58,427 nucleotides of DNA, taken from an uncultured Acidobacteriaceae bacterium. GTDB taxonomy: Bacteria > Acidobacteriota > Terriglobia > Terriglobales > Acidobacteriaceae. Under the pieces are notes generated by a model, which was not told the origin of the DNA, did no database searches, and worked only from the letters and a program-made list of their open reading frames with translations. Location: assembly GCA_964246195.1 (NCBI GenBank), contig CAXTPY010000001.1, positions 4,099-62,525 on the forward strand. Reading direction: 5' to 3'. The position numbers were made by a program, and so were the translations under genes. Positions within the stretch are counted from its first letter, which is position 1, and each line of letters starts with the position of its first letter. This document shows, piece by piece, positions 18,617 to 27,071 of the stretch.

Positions 18617-19069
18617 ATGGCATCTGTTCATCTACAGAACCCATATCGATGCGATCAGTGCGGAACTCCAGATATAGTGGCGGTCCCTCTTCTGTATCAA
18701 CAGGGAACGCGAACGTATTCCGGCACCTTTCATCACGGAAGTAGTCAGTCATACTCCGCGCAAGTGGCAGCACCGCCGCAGCCTCGGAATTATGCGCGCC
18801 CCTTCTTTCTATGGGGATTCGCGATCTACGTCGCCTGCTTTTTGGTGTATGGTGGGGTCAGTGCGCACTTCAAACACCCGAACGATGCGAGCTTAGCATC
18901 GCTAGTCGCGTTTTTTCTGCTCATGGGACTGGCATGCCTATTAGGTTTGGTGTTCAACCTTCGTAGAATTTCCCGCTATAACCGGGAGGTCTACCCGGGG
19001 TTCCGTTGGGATTGGGAACACACTTATATGTGCCGTCGCTGTGGAAAGTTCCAACTTATTCCCTCCTAA
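18617..19069 (+). CDS. Small 2-TM protein with a split zinc ribbon (N-terminal CDQC, C-terminal CRRC)
   Basis: 150 aa; transcribed opposite to the tra genes. Confidence 0.75.
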   Translation: MASVHLQNPYRCDQCGTPDIVAVPLLYQQGTRTYSGTFHHGSSQSYSAQVAAPPQPRNYARPFFLWGFAIYVACFLVYGGVSAHFKHPNDASLASLVAFFLLMGLACLLGLVFNLRRISRYNREVYPGFRWDWEHTYMCRRCGKFQLIPS

Positions 19070-19278
19070 CCGACCACCGCATGATTCTAGGGACCCTGAA
19101 GAATCCGCGGTCATTTTCTGGGATGCCATTCAGTCTCCAGGCCAATATGGATATCCCAGAAAACAGCCTATTGGTCATACGCCCCAAGCGCATATTGGGT
19201 AATCGGGCTCTCGTGTAGTGATCATCTGCAGCGTTCCTTGCTCAGGCCATAATGGGCAAGAGACCTGCAATTGCTTGA

Positions 19279-19414
19279 CTGCGGAGTGGGACATACGGCC
19301 TAACATTGGCTCAACTGCGGAGTGGGACATGCGTGCTGACATTGGCTCAGCTGCGGAGTGGGACATACGGCCTGACATTGGCTCAACTGCGGAGTGGGAC
19401 ATTGGGACTGGCAT
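19279..19414. repeat. Four direct repeats, 36-bp period, invariant core CTGCGGAGTGGGACAT
   Basis: Cores start at 19279, 19315, 19351 and 19387; ACATTGGCTCA follows in the first three units. Confidence 0.95.
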
Positions 19415-19578
19415 TTGCCCGAATACAAAAAGAGCTCCGCGGATCGGTTTTTGATCGAGCGCGGACTAAGACGTTGAAACGAGTCATACTGAGTCAAGAA
19501 TCGATCGGCGGGAGCTATTTTGTTTCAGAATAGTTGGGCCAGACCATCAGCGGTTGCTTCAGGGTTATTCTCAGGACT

Positions 19579-19662
19579 CGCTGTCCCGATGTTTTCGGCA
19601 AGTCGCTCGCGGAGCATGTCACCCTCCGAGAACGCTGCGCTGTTGTTGTTGCCGGCGATCTG
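19579..19662. repeat. Exact 84-bp direct copy of virB10 internal sequence 20076-20159
   Basis: CGCTGTCCCGATG...GCCGGCGATCTG is identical at both places; flanks are unrelated. Confidence 0.95.
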
Positions 19663-19882
19663 TCACCGATCTTCCTTCTCGAATTCGAACCTGTTCTGCC
19701 CAAGATAAAGCGAAGTCAGGCGGGGTGGCATTGTGGATCACAGCAAGTTCGTCAATGTGGGGAATATCTTGCCTCACCTCCACGGTGAGGCAGCCGGAGC
19801 GATCGGTGCCCGAAACAGGTTTTGGGTAAATCATTTCTGCTCGGTTACTACCTCACTGTATTTTCCTAGGCTCGGAGCATGG

Positions 19883-19910
19883 AAAAGCCCCAGCCGGGAG
19901 GCGGGGGCTT
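19883..19910 (-). terminator. Intrinsic terminator after virB10
   Basis: Minus strand reads AAGCCCCCGCC-TCCC-GGCTGGGGCTT-TT, about 25 nt after the stop codon. Confidence 0.65.
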
Positions 19911-19934
19911 AAGTGAAAGGAGAACAGCGGTTGA

Positions 19935-21236
19935 CTAAGGAGTTGCGGAAGTCACTTTATGAAGTTGAGCCTGATTCTCCTCATGCTTCGTGAAGACGAT
20001 GTAAATCTTTGTATCGGCCGGTACTGAGACGACAATGCGGCTGTTCGCGTTCAAGTTCATGACCTCCGAATCACCCGCTGTCCCGATGTTTTCGGCAAGT
20101 CGCTCGCGGAGCATGTCACCCTCCGAGAACGCTGCGCTGTTGTTGTTGCCGGCGATCTGGGCGAGGACGGAGCCCATTCCAGAAGCTGCGCGGACGAGAA
20201 AGTTCTTGCCGGTGTTTTTGCCCGAGACGTCTCCCCTAATTGGTCCGAGGTCAAGACCGGTTCCGATGGCCTCAATCTTCTCTCGTGCCCCATCCAGTAG
20301 TTCAATCTCGTCAAACTTCACGCTGACGAGTCCGCTGCGGTCAGCCTGCTGGAGTTGTCCGTAGACGCGTGCTCCTGCGGGGATAATGACCTTGTCTCCG
20401 ACCGCATAGGTGTATTCCACGATCGCGACCACGGGAGCCTGCACGGCGCTCGAGATCTGAGTTTGAAGCTTCGCCTGGATACGGGTTCCCGGCGTCATCT
20501 CGAGCAGGGACGCGACGATGTCATCAGAGCGGGTCGTGGTCGTCGCAGCCTGGCTTTGAGCTTGGCTTCGAACGAAGACGAGCGACGGCTCCTTGAGAGC
20601 GTTTTGCTGTTGCTGGGTTTGCGAGGCCGATGCAGGGGTAGCTTGGCCGTAGGGTTGCGGATCTTCCCACTTCTGCTGAGTGTCCGCGAACGATGGAACG
20701 TTGCCTAGAGAGCTCACCGCTGTCGTCTTGGCCACAGTGGGCCCCTGAGTAAGATCAGCGCTTGCATTCGTGGCCACACGTCCACCTAAAGTCCGGGTGC
20801 GCCGGATGTCGTTGGGGCCAAGTTGTCCGCTTGAATTGTCGGGAGCAGGGAGGCGAACGGTCTCCATAACAGGGGTCACGCTGCCTTGCGAGTGCTGCGT
20901 CGACTCCTGCTTCACCCCCTGAGCAGGCTGAATCCCGGCCGTCCGCTTTTTCGGAGACTTTCCGACGATAGCCGTGAAAACAAAGAAGAGCACCGCAATC
21001 CCCAGCCCGCAGCCTAGCAGGAGGAGCTTGTTTTTGCCTATTCCATCTGTTCTCTTCGCCCCGAACCGGGTCGCAAGATTTGGCGACGCAACCGGTGTCC
21101 ATCCATCTTTGCTCCCGGGAGCAATTGAGTCAGCTGTCGCAGCTTGTGGCGTCGTCTGCAAGTCTGCGGGTTCGATCGACTCATCAAGCTGCATTGGTAG
21201 AGTTCGGCTGCCGTTCCTGTTGGCATTCATATGCAT
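19935..21236 (-). CDS. virB10: VirB10/TrbI/TraB-like core protein
   Basis: N-terminal TM, Pro/Gln/Thr-rich linker, PGTRIQAKLQTQISS...PVVA...IIPAGARVYG and a C-terminal VPADTKIYIVF. Confidence 0.88.
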   Translation of the reverse strand: MHMNANRNGSRTLPMQLDESIEPADLQTTPQAATADSIAPGSKDGWTPVASPNLATRFGAKRTDGIGKNKLLLLGCGLGIAVLFFVFTAIVGKSPKKRTAGIQPAQGVKQESTQHSQGSVTPVMETVRLPAPDNSSGQLGPNDIRRTRTLGGRVATNASADLTQGPTVAKTTAVSSLGNVPSFADTQQKWEDPQPYGQATPASASQTQQQQNALKEPSLVFVRSQAQSQAATTTTRSDDIVASLLEMTPGTRIQAKLQTQISSAVQAPVVAIVEYTYAVGDKVIIPAGARVYGQLQQADRSGLVSVKFDEIELLDGAREKIEAIGTGLDLGPIRGDVSGKNTGKNFLVRAASGMGSVLAQIAGNNNSAAFSEGDMLRERLAENIGTAGDSEVMNLNANSRIVVSVPADTKIYIVFTKHEENQAQLHKVTSATP

Positions 21237-21250
21237 CGCTACCGTCCTTT

Positions 21251-22213
21251 CTATTGCCCATAGCCCTGGATGGGAGGTGTGAACGGCAGACGAATCAAAA
21301 TCGGCTGGTCTACCTGGTCTGCTTGCGCGATCTGGAGAAACAACTTCTCCGTCGATTCTTTGAAGTTGGGGCGGTCAAAGACGACAACTCCGTCGGCGCG
21401 GCCGCCGGGCTCGAGTCTGGTCTTACTCAGCTTGAAGATCCGAATCTCGAGTTGATCGGAGATGATGCCCCTGCCTTCTTTTTTCTTCTTCTTTTCGAGC
21501 TTGCGTCCGGTGATCTGAATCTGCGGCGGAACGATCTCTACGGGTTGATCTGAGCTGTTGAAGACGGAGTAGGCGATGACCGTTTCGTTGTTCCACTGCC
21601 GAACATCACCGATCGAGGTCTCGATCTGTTTGCCGTCCCACTTCGTCCATTTGGGCGCGTTGATACGTTTCTGCTGTTCGAACTCCTGATCAAGAGCCGA
21701 TGGGACGACAGAAATTGATAAAGTCTGCTCATCCGTTGCGTTTGGGTGACTCCGCGTGTCCGCGAGCTTCGGAGAGACGGGCGAGGGCGCGTCCGAGTTG
21801 ATCAGGAAGCTCCGCGAGGCTCGGTACTCGATGAAGAAATCAATCGGTTGCGAGTCACCCTTAGCTATACCGTCACTCATCAACTCCAAATTCACATGCT
21901 GACCGGACTTGGTCGCGATGAGAAGGTTGGACTGCGCAGGCTCCTTCGTGATGGGCTTGATGTAGATGTAGTCAGCTTCCCCTTCGCTGTGCTCGGCCTT
22001 GAAGGATCCGGGACTTCCCAAAATAATCGAGGTCACTTCCTCCGGCATACGAATGGTCGATTCAAATTCGGGTCGCAGATGCAGGATGGTTATCTCATGT
22101 GGATCGATGGTGATCGTCGCAACGCGTGCGCTTGTCGGTTGGTCCGTTGCATAGATCCGCATCGGAAGCAGGATGGCGATCGGGATTATCCAGCGTAGTC
22201 TCATAGTGTTCAT
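21251..22213 (-). CDS. VirB9/TrbG/TraK-like core protein (paralog 1)
   Basis: Signal peptide; ILHLRPEFESTIRMPEEVTSIILG...IYIKP...SNLLIAT; directly upstream of virB10. Confidence 0.72.
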   Translation of the reverse strand: MNTMRLRWIIPIAILLPMRIYATDQPTSARVATITIDPHEITILHLRPEFESTIRMPEEVTSIILGSPGSFKAEHSEGEADYIYIKPITKEPAQSNLLIATKSGQHVNLELMSDGIAKGDSQPIDFFIEYRASRSFLINSDAPSPVSPKLADTRSHPNATDEQTLSISVVPSALDQEFEQQKRINAPKWTKWDGKQIETSIGDVRQWNNETVIAYSVFNSSDQPVEIVPPQIQITGRKLEKKKKKEGRGIISDQLEIRIFKLSKTRLEPGGRADGVVVFDRPNFKESTEKLFLQIAQADQVDQPILIRLPFTPPIQGYGQ

Positions 22214-22683
22214 CTCCTCGGCGACCTCGCAGCCGCACTCTTCCGGATCATGTATTGCCGTCGCACGGCCTGGACGTAAGCGATCACATCAGGATTGCGA
22301 TAGTTCAGTTGCTTCTGCCCGATCCACCGGTCGCCGGCGTAGTAGGCGGCCACGACCAAACGCAGATCGCCATGGAACTCCCACATCAGCGTGGTGACAT
22401 ACCTTGTCCCTGCGGCGATGTTCTGATCGACATCGAACGGCTGGTAAGCGCCGAAACGCCTGGCCGTCGCCGGCATCAGCTGCATCAACCCCATGGCACC
22501 TTTGCTCGAGACGGCATCAGGATTCCATCGCGATTCGACGTCAATGAACGCGGCGATTAGCTCCGGCTCCACTCGGTAGTAAGTTGCGTAACGCTCGACG
22601 CATCGTTCTGCATTGGAGGGGGTTGGTTCAGCACACGCCACTCCGCTCAGCATGAGGAGAAGTAAGGGAAGCCAACATTTCAT
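22210..22683 (-). CDS. Lytic transglycosylase (SLT, VirB1-like)
   Basis: VESRWNPDAVSSKGAMGLMQLMP, NIAAGTRY and AAYYAG motifs; signal peptide. Confidence 0.93.
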   Translation of the reverse strand: MKCWLPLLLLMLSGVACAEPTPSNAERCVERYATYYRVEPELIAAFIDVESRWNPDAVSSKGAMGLMQLMPATARRFGAYQPFDVDQNIAAGTRYVTTLMWEFHGDLRLVVAAYYAGDRWIGQKQLNYRNPDVIAYVQAVRRQYMIRKSAAARSPRR

Positions 22684-23600
22684 CGTTGTGGCCCTCCCGA
22701 GAGCGCTATCTTCTCCGCAAAGCGCGCGCCGTCGTCCAGTAGACTCTTGAAGCCTTCGCGCAGGAGCAGGTGACGTCGGTCCTTTTCCGTCTTCGCCAAG
22801 AAGGGCAACAGAACATCACGAAGGGCTTCGGTCACATGGTCAGTTCCGAGCAGTTGTAGTGCATTGGCAAAGTCGATCATCTCGGAGACGGACGGGGGTT
22901 TTTCGAGCGAATAATTCCGAAAGGAGAGAGCAATGCCTGCCATCTCTCGATGGAATTCGGCATCTGCGTGGGGCGTACGGCTGGCGATGATGTCCGCTTC
23001 CCGCTCTGGCGTCGGGTGTTCGACGCGTACGTAGAGACTGCGCCTCCGAATTGGATCGCCAAGCCTGCGCTCTTCATTGCTGGTGAGCACAACGAATGGA
23101 ATACTCTTTGCTTCCACGGTGCCGAACTCAGGAATGGAGAGCTGCCAGGCGGAGAGGATTTCTAACAGCATTGCTTCAAAACCGTCGTCTACCTTGTCAA
23201 GTTCATCGATGAGCAGGACACAAGGCCGTTCGCATTCTAGCGCCCGCATCAGGGGTCCGGGGCGGAAGAAGTCCCGTCCCTTCAGACTCCCTTGGGCCGC
23301 CTGCCAGCTCTCGTGCTGCCCCTTGGAGAACTCCATGTAGAGTCGTTGCAGCCCCTCATCGAACTGCCCGATCGCCTTCTCTTCGGTCACACCGCGATAG
23401 CACTGCAATCGCTCTACATGCGTGTCAGCTGCGGCCGCAACTGACAGCGCCAGTTGCGTCTTCCCACTGCCGGCTGGCCCCTCTAAAAGAAGGGGCTTCC
23501 GGAGCTTGGCGGCCAGGAAGACGACCTGGATCATCACGGGATCAATAAAATAGCCCGTCGAGGCCAGTTTCCGGGATAGGTCTTCGAGCGAATCAAACAT
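22680..23600 (-). CDS. MoxR-family AAA+ ATPase
   Basis: PLLLEGPAGSGKT, RLQCYRG, LLIDELDK, LTSNEERRLGDPIRRR; probable ATG 23600. Confidence 0.9.
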   Translation of the reverse strand: MFDSLEDLSRKLASTGYFIDPVMIQVVFLAAKLRKPLLLEGPAGSGKTQLALSVAAAADTHVERLQCYRGVTEEKAIGQFDEGLQRLYMEFSKGQHESWQAAQGSLKGRDFFRPGPLMRALECERPCVLLIDELDKVDDGFEAMLLEILSAWQLSIPEFGTVEAKSIPFVVLTSNEERRLGDPIRRRSLYVRVEHPTPEREADIIASRTPHADAEFHREMAGIALSFRNYSLEKPPSVSEMIDFANALQLLGTDHVTEALRDVLLPFLAKTEKDRRHLLLREGFKSLLDDGARFAEKIALSGGPQR

Positions 23601-23874
23601 TGCTGTCCCTCCGCAGACCGGAGGGAGCCGTAAGCGAGTCAAACGCGAGTCTTTCGCTTCGTTCTCGAAGGGTCTGGCGCAGGTCATACGCGACCTGAAG
23701 CCATATCACAGCCGCGGACGCAACCCAAAGGCAAAGAAGCCCAAGCAGGACGGTCTTGGCGAATATATCTGTCGCGAATGCCTTCCAGATCACAGCGCAG
23801 TAGTAGTCGCATGCAGCCACATCAACCATTGTGAGTACAACTGCGATGGCTAATCGTTTTGCCCACCTTCTCAT
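23593..23874 (-). CDS. Small 2-TM hypothetical protein
   Basis: ATG 23874 with AGGAGG RBS; overlaps the MoxR start. Confidence 0.6.
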   Translation of the reverse strand: MRRWAKRLAIAVVLTMVDVAACDYYCAVIWKAFATDIFAKTVLLGLLCLWVASAAVIWLQVAYDLRQTLRERSERLAFDSLTAPSGLRRDSNV

Positions 23875-23977
23875 GAACCCTCCTCCTAACGCGGACCAAG
23901 AATGGGGCGATTCCAAAACTCGGTCAAATTTCCGAGTTCGGCGCCTGTGGAGCGGGGAACTAGGTTTTCTATATTGA

Positions 23978-24253
23978 TCAGGACAGTCCTTGCAGACGTC
24001 TATGGACACGCTGTGCGATCCGCTCTGGAATTCGCAAAGAGGTGTAACCTCGCCTCACTTTGGTCCGCTGGTGAGTGATCGTGATCACTCCCGGCTCTTT
24101 GATGAACAGACGCCGGATCGTGCTTTCGCTGAAAAACCAGAGTTTCGATAGCTGGGCAACGGTATAGTGCCTCTCAAATGCCTGGAGACCGGCCGATTTC
24201 TGCTGTGGCTCGGGACCGGTAGAAACGTTCAGGATGTTCTGTCCTAGTTCCAT
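23978..24253 (-). CDS. Excisionase/MerR-like HTH DNA-binding protein (candidate recombination directionality factor)
   Basis: HYTVAQLSKLWFFSESTIRRLF...LRIPE winged-HTH pattern; close to the integrase; probable ATG 24253. Confidence 0.72.
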   Translation of the reverse strand: MELGQNILNVSTGPEPQQKSAGLQAFERHYTVAQLSKLWFFSESTIRRLFIKEPGVITITHQRTKVRRGYTSLRIPERIAQRVHRRLQGLS

Positions 24254-24541
24254 GGGGCAACTCTCCTGATTCAGATAGCGCGGATCGGAGGACCAGTGTC
24301 GTCCGAAGATTTCTGCGGCACCGTCGGAATCGCGCGACTCAGATGTAGATCGAGCCCAAAATTCGGTCAAGCCAGTCCGTCACAGCGGAGCGAATGGAAG
24401 CCAGACACGATTCAACGTCGTGGGTCGCAGAGGATGGCGGCTTCAGAGGTGCCTTTAGGACGGCAGCCGCGACGGAGGAAGGAGAGCGTTACGTAGAATA
24501 TCTGTGAGGGCTTGTATAACAGGCTTTGAGGAGATGGCCGG

Positions 24542-25468
24542 TTGGGTGACGAATCGACAGCGCGTCCGGCAGACACTCCAGGCTTGAATCGCAGCCATGA
24601 GCATAAGGAGGCATTGCGCCGAGCTGAAGGCGTACAAGAAAGTGAGAGGCGTGCTCGGATGGTCGCCATGCTTTACGAGGAAGAGGCCGAGCTGGACTTT
24701 ATCTACGCCTTCGAGAAGACAAGGTACCTGGTGCTGAGCGGGTGCCGGGATGAGTGGAATGACCCTCAGCTGAAGCAATGGGACGGTTATCTGCGAGAGT
24801 ATCGTCGCCGCGTGGCCATGGAAGGCCGCACCATCGAACTCTGCTTTAAGCTGAATCATGAAGCGGGGCACTCGGAATTGAGTGAGCAGAGGCGATTGGC
24901 GGCGTCCGAGTTCGGGATTGCTGTGGATTCCGCTCACGAACGCGGAATCAGCTCATTTGCCGTCGAGCAGATTCTCCGTGAAGTGTGGCTGGATGCAGTC
25001 GTCAAAAGACCGTCAGGCACTGAATGGGATCCGACCGATCACCATCGCTTCGATCATATCGACATGGCTCCCATTCGAAATCTCTTCAACCAGGTCCACG
25101 ACGGTCTGATTCAGTGTGCCCGGAGTGTTTCAATCGGTTCCTTGATCACGAAGCGCATCGAGAAGATCAAAGCGGCGCGCGCGACGGCCGATACGTGGTT
25201 CGGGAGGGCGCCGGCTCCAGGTCAGGAGGGAGATCGCGAGAAGCTCTTTGTTCTTGAAGAGATCCATCACGCGGTCTCGCAAAGTGAACAAAGAGGCGTA
25301 CCGCAGGATGTGGTCGAGTCGATGTTGCTGCGCTCCTGGGTCCGCATGCTCGTCTTCAATGAACATGAAGACGAGCAGTTCTTTCAGATCCTCGACCAAC
25401 ACTGGAACGAGGTCCACGCGGCGTTTCAGCTTCAGATGACAAGTCACTCCGGTCGACTCGTTCAATAG
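24542..25468 (+). CDS. Hypothetical protein with an internal helical repeat, convergent with the integrase
   Basis: 308-aa ORF, start uncertain; ends 3 bp from the integrase stop codon. Confidence 0.65.
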   Translation: MGDESTARPADTPGLNRSHEHKEALRRAEGVQESERRARMVAMLYEEEAELDFIYAFEKTRYLVLSGCRDEWNDPQLKQWDGYLREYRRRVAMEGRTIELCFKLNHEAGHSELSEQRRLAASEFGIAVDSAHERGISSFAVEQILREVWLDAVVKRPSGTEWDPTDHHRFDHIDMAPIRNLFNQVHDGLIQCARSVSIGSLITKRIEKIKAARATADTWFGRAPAPGQEGDREKLFVLEEIHHAVSQSEQRGVPQDVVESMLLRSWVRMLVFNEHEDEQFFQILDQHWNEVHAAFQLQMTSHSGRLVQ

Positions 25469-25471
25469 TCT

Positions 25472-26908
25472 TTAAGCGCTTCTGCGTTTTCTGGCTGGAG
25501 TCACTAACTCTAATCCCCGCTGTTTGACTGGTGAGCGTGAAGCTCTGGGAGAGCTGCTGTCCGGCCCCTTACCTGAGGGTTCGCCTACCTTCCACGCGTT
25601 GCGCACACTCTGCTGGAGCTGGAGTTGCCTTGCTCTAACAAACGGTGAGTAGTGCCTCTCTGTCACCTTCACCGACGAATGCCCGAGAAGCGTCGAGACC
25701 TGATCGATAGGAACCTCGGCGAGCAGCATCTCGACAGCAAAGGTATCCCTGAACATATGGGGATGGCATCGCTTTCTCTGGCCATCGAGCTTTCGGATGT
25801 CGGCCAGCTCGAACAGTCGGCGATAGCTGCGCTGCCAGTCGGCTACTACACTCTTGGGCAGACCGTTGCCGCTCCAGAAGAAGTATCTCCCGTTAGGCCT
25901 GGGGCCGTCCGGGATGCTTATCAGGGCCTCGACGACGTACGGGGGGAGCGGCACATAGACGCTCTGCCCGGTCTTGGCCTGATAGAGCAGAAGGCTGTCG
26001 CCCTCGAGACGGTGACGTTCGAGCGTGACCGCGTCGCGTATGCGAAGTCCGCTCCAGCGCATCAGAAGCGTCAGAGTGCGCAGGCGTGCACGAGTGTCGT
26101 CGATCGAGATGTAGCCGCCGCGAGGGTCCCCGTAGATGTAGGTCGTGTCGATGATTTTGTCGAACTCATGGCGCGTGAAGTAGTCGGTGGGGACGTGCTT
26201 GGGCCTGATCTTGCTGAGTGAAAGCGCTGGATTCTGGCTGATGAAGTTGCGGCGGAAGCACTCCCAGAAAAAACCGATGACGCGGTCCTGCTTTTTCGCC
26301 TTGACCACCGCTCCTTCATGCCAGGTGCTGCGGAAGGAGATCAGCGCATCGAGGTCGACTTCGTCGAGATACTCGAGGCCCTCTGTCCTTGTCCAGGGGA
26401 GGAATTGCTTCTCGAAGGTTCGTGCAAGCTTCGAGATAGTGTCAGGCTGAAGGCTGCGGCTGCGAGCGTCCGTCATGTAGGCATGGACGGCCTTCTGGAC
26501 GGTGACTCTCTCCTTCTGCCGCCCAGAGGGATAGACCAGAGAGCGCGGCGAGCGATCCGGCTGGCTCCATGTAGGCGGAAGACCGGAAGGAACACCTGGG
26601 GAGGACGGAGGCTCATCTGACGGAAGCGGCTGCGCCGGTGCAGCGTGGGGAGGGAAGGCAATTGCAGGAACCACCTCTGGGACGGCGTCCGGGCTCACAC
26701 CTGACAGCGGAAGTCCCTTTGCCAGGGCCTCTTCGAGCTTTTCTCTGTGCTGTTCGGCCTCCTCCCAGATCCGGGTCGAAGCGCTGGTGCGGAAGTATTC
26801 TTTGTTGACCTGCCCACCGACCCATTTGGGGCAGCTGCAGCGGCGGCAGAGGCGGTCGCGTTTGAATTTGCAGTTGGACGAGTGACGAGTGAAAACAGAA
26901 AGGACCAT
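25472..26908 (-). CDS. Tyrosine recombinase/integrase with an N-terminal His/Cys arm-binding-like domain
   Basis: SGLRIRD, KTG, HMFRDT, LGHSS and RHY catalytic motifs; N-terminal RH-x3-C...C-x2-CxCPKW; ATG 26908 with GGGAGG RBS. Confidence 0.95.
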   Translation of the reverse strand: MVLSVFTRHSSNCKFKRDRLCRRCSCPKWVGGQVNKEYFRTSASTRIWEEAEQHREKLEEALAKGLPLSGVSPDAVPEVVPAIAFPPHAAPAQPLPSDEPPSSPGVPSGLPPTWSQPDRSPRSLVYPSGRQKERVTVQKAVHAYMTDARSRSLQPDTISKLARTFEKQFLPWTRTEGLEYLDEVDLDALISFRSTWHEGAVVKAKKQDRVIGFFWECFRRNFISQNPALSLSKIRPKHVPTDYFTRHEFDKIIDTTYIYGDPRGGYISIDDTRARLRTLTLLMRWSGLRIRDAVTLERHRLEGDSLLLYQAKTGQSVYVPLPPYVVEALISIPDGPRPNGRYFFWSGNGLPKSVVADWQRSYRRLFELADIRKLDGQRKRCHPHMFRDTFAVEMLLAEVPIDQVSTLLGHSSVKVTERHYSPFVRARQLQLQQSVRNAWKVGEPSGKGPDSSSPRASRSPVKQRGLELVTPARKRRSA

Positions 26909-26982
26909 CGGGCCTCCCACTTCAGCTGGAGTGTTGCCCGAACACTGAAATGGGTCAAAGAAACGGGAGGCGGTGTGCGCAA

Positions 26983-27012
26983 CGTACAAATTACGTACAA
27001 ATCGCGTACAAA
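26983..27012. promoter_or_regulatory. Three CGTACAAA direct repeats, 11-bp period (putative integrase arm sites)
   Basis: Copies at 26983, 26994 and 27005, between the integrase start and the ssrA 3' end. Confidence 0.6.
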
Positions 27013-27071
27013 AAATCGCCCCGTATTCTGGCCCCAACTGGTAAGTTATGGAGAATAAAGCTACTTAGTGA

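Larger units (their letters stand above)
1..27071. mobile_element. Integrative conjugative element (ICE) integrated at the 3' end of tmRNA; left boundary lies outside the window
   Basis: A tyrosine integrase gene lies directly beyond the ssrA 3' end, followed by Xis-like, T4SS and coupling-protein genes that are almost all co-oriented on the minus strand. I saw no second copy of the ssrA 3' end in the window. Confidence 0.9.

Noticed and set aside
19279-19414. CRISPR array
   Set aside because: The variable part is only ~8 nt, units 1 and 3 are nearly identical, the period is 36 bp and no cas genes are present.
19175-19533. Short ORFs with 12-aa repeats over the array
   Set aside because: By-products of a 36-bp period open in several frames; no convincing RBS.
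19579-20159. Diversity-generating retroelement TR/VR pair (AAC-rich on the minus strand)
   Set aside because: The copies are identical with no adenine-specific mismatches, and there is no reverse transcriptase in the window.
26909-27037. 43-aa N-terminal extension of the integrase
   Set aside because: It overlaps the arm repeats; ATG 26908 has a strong RBS.
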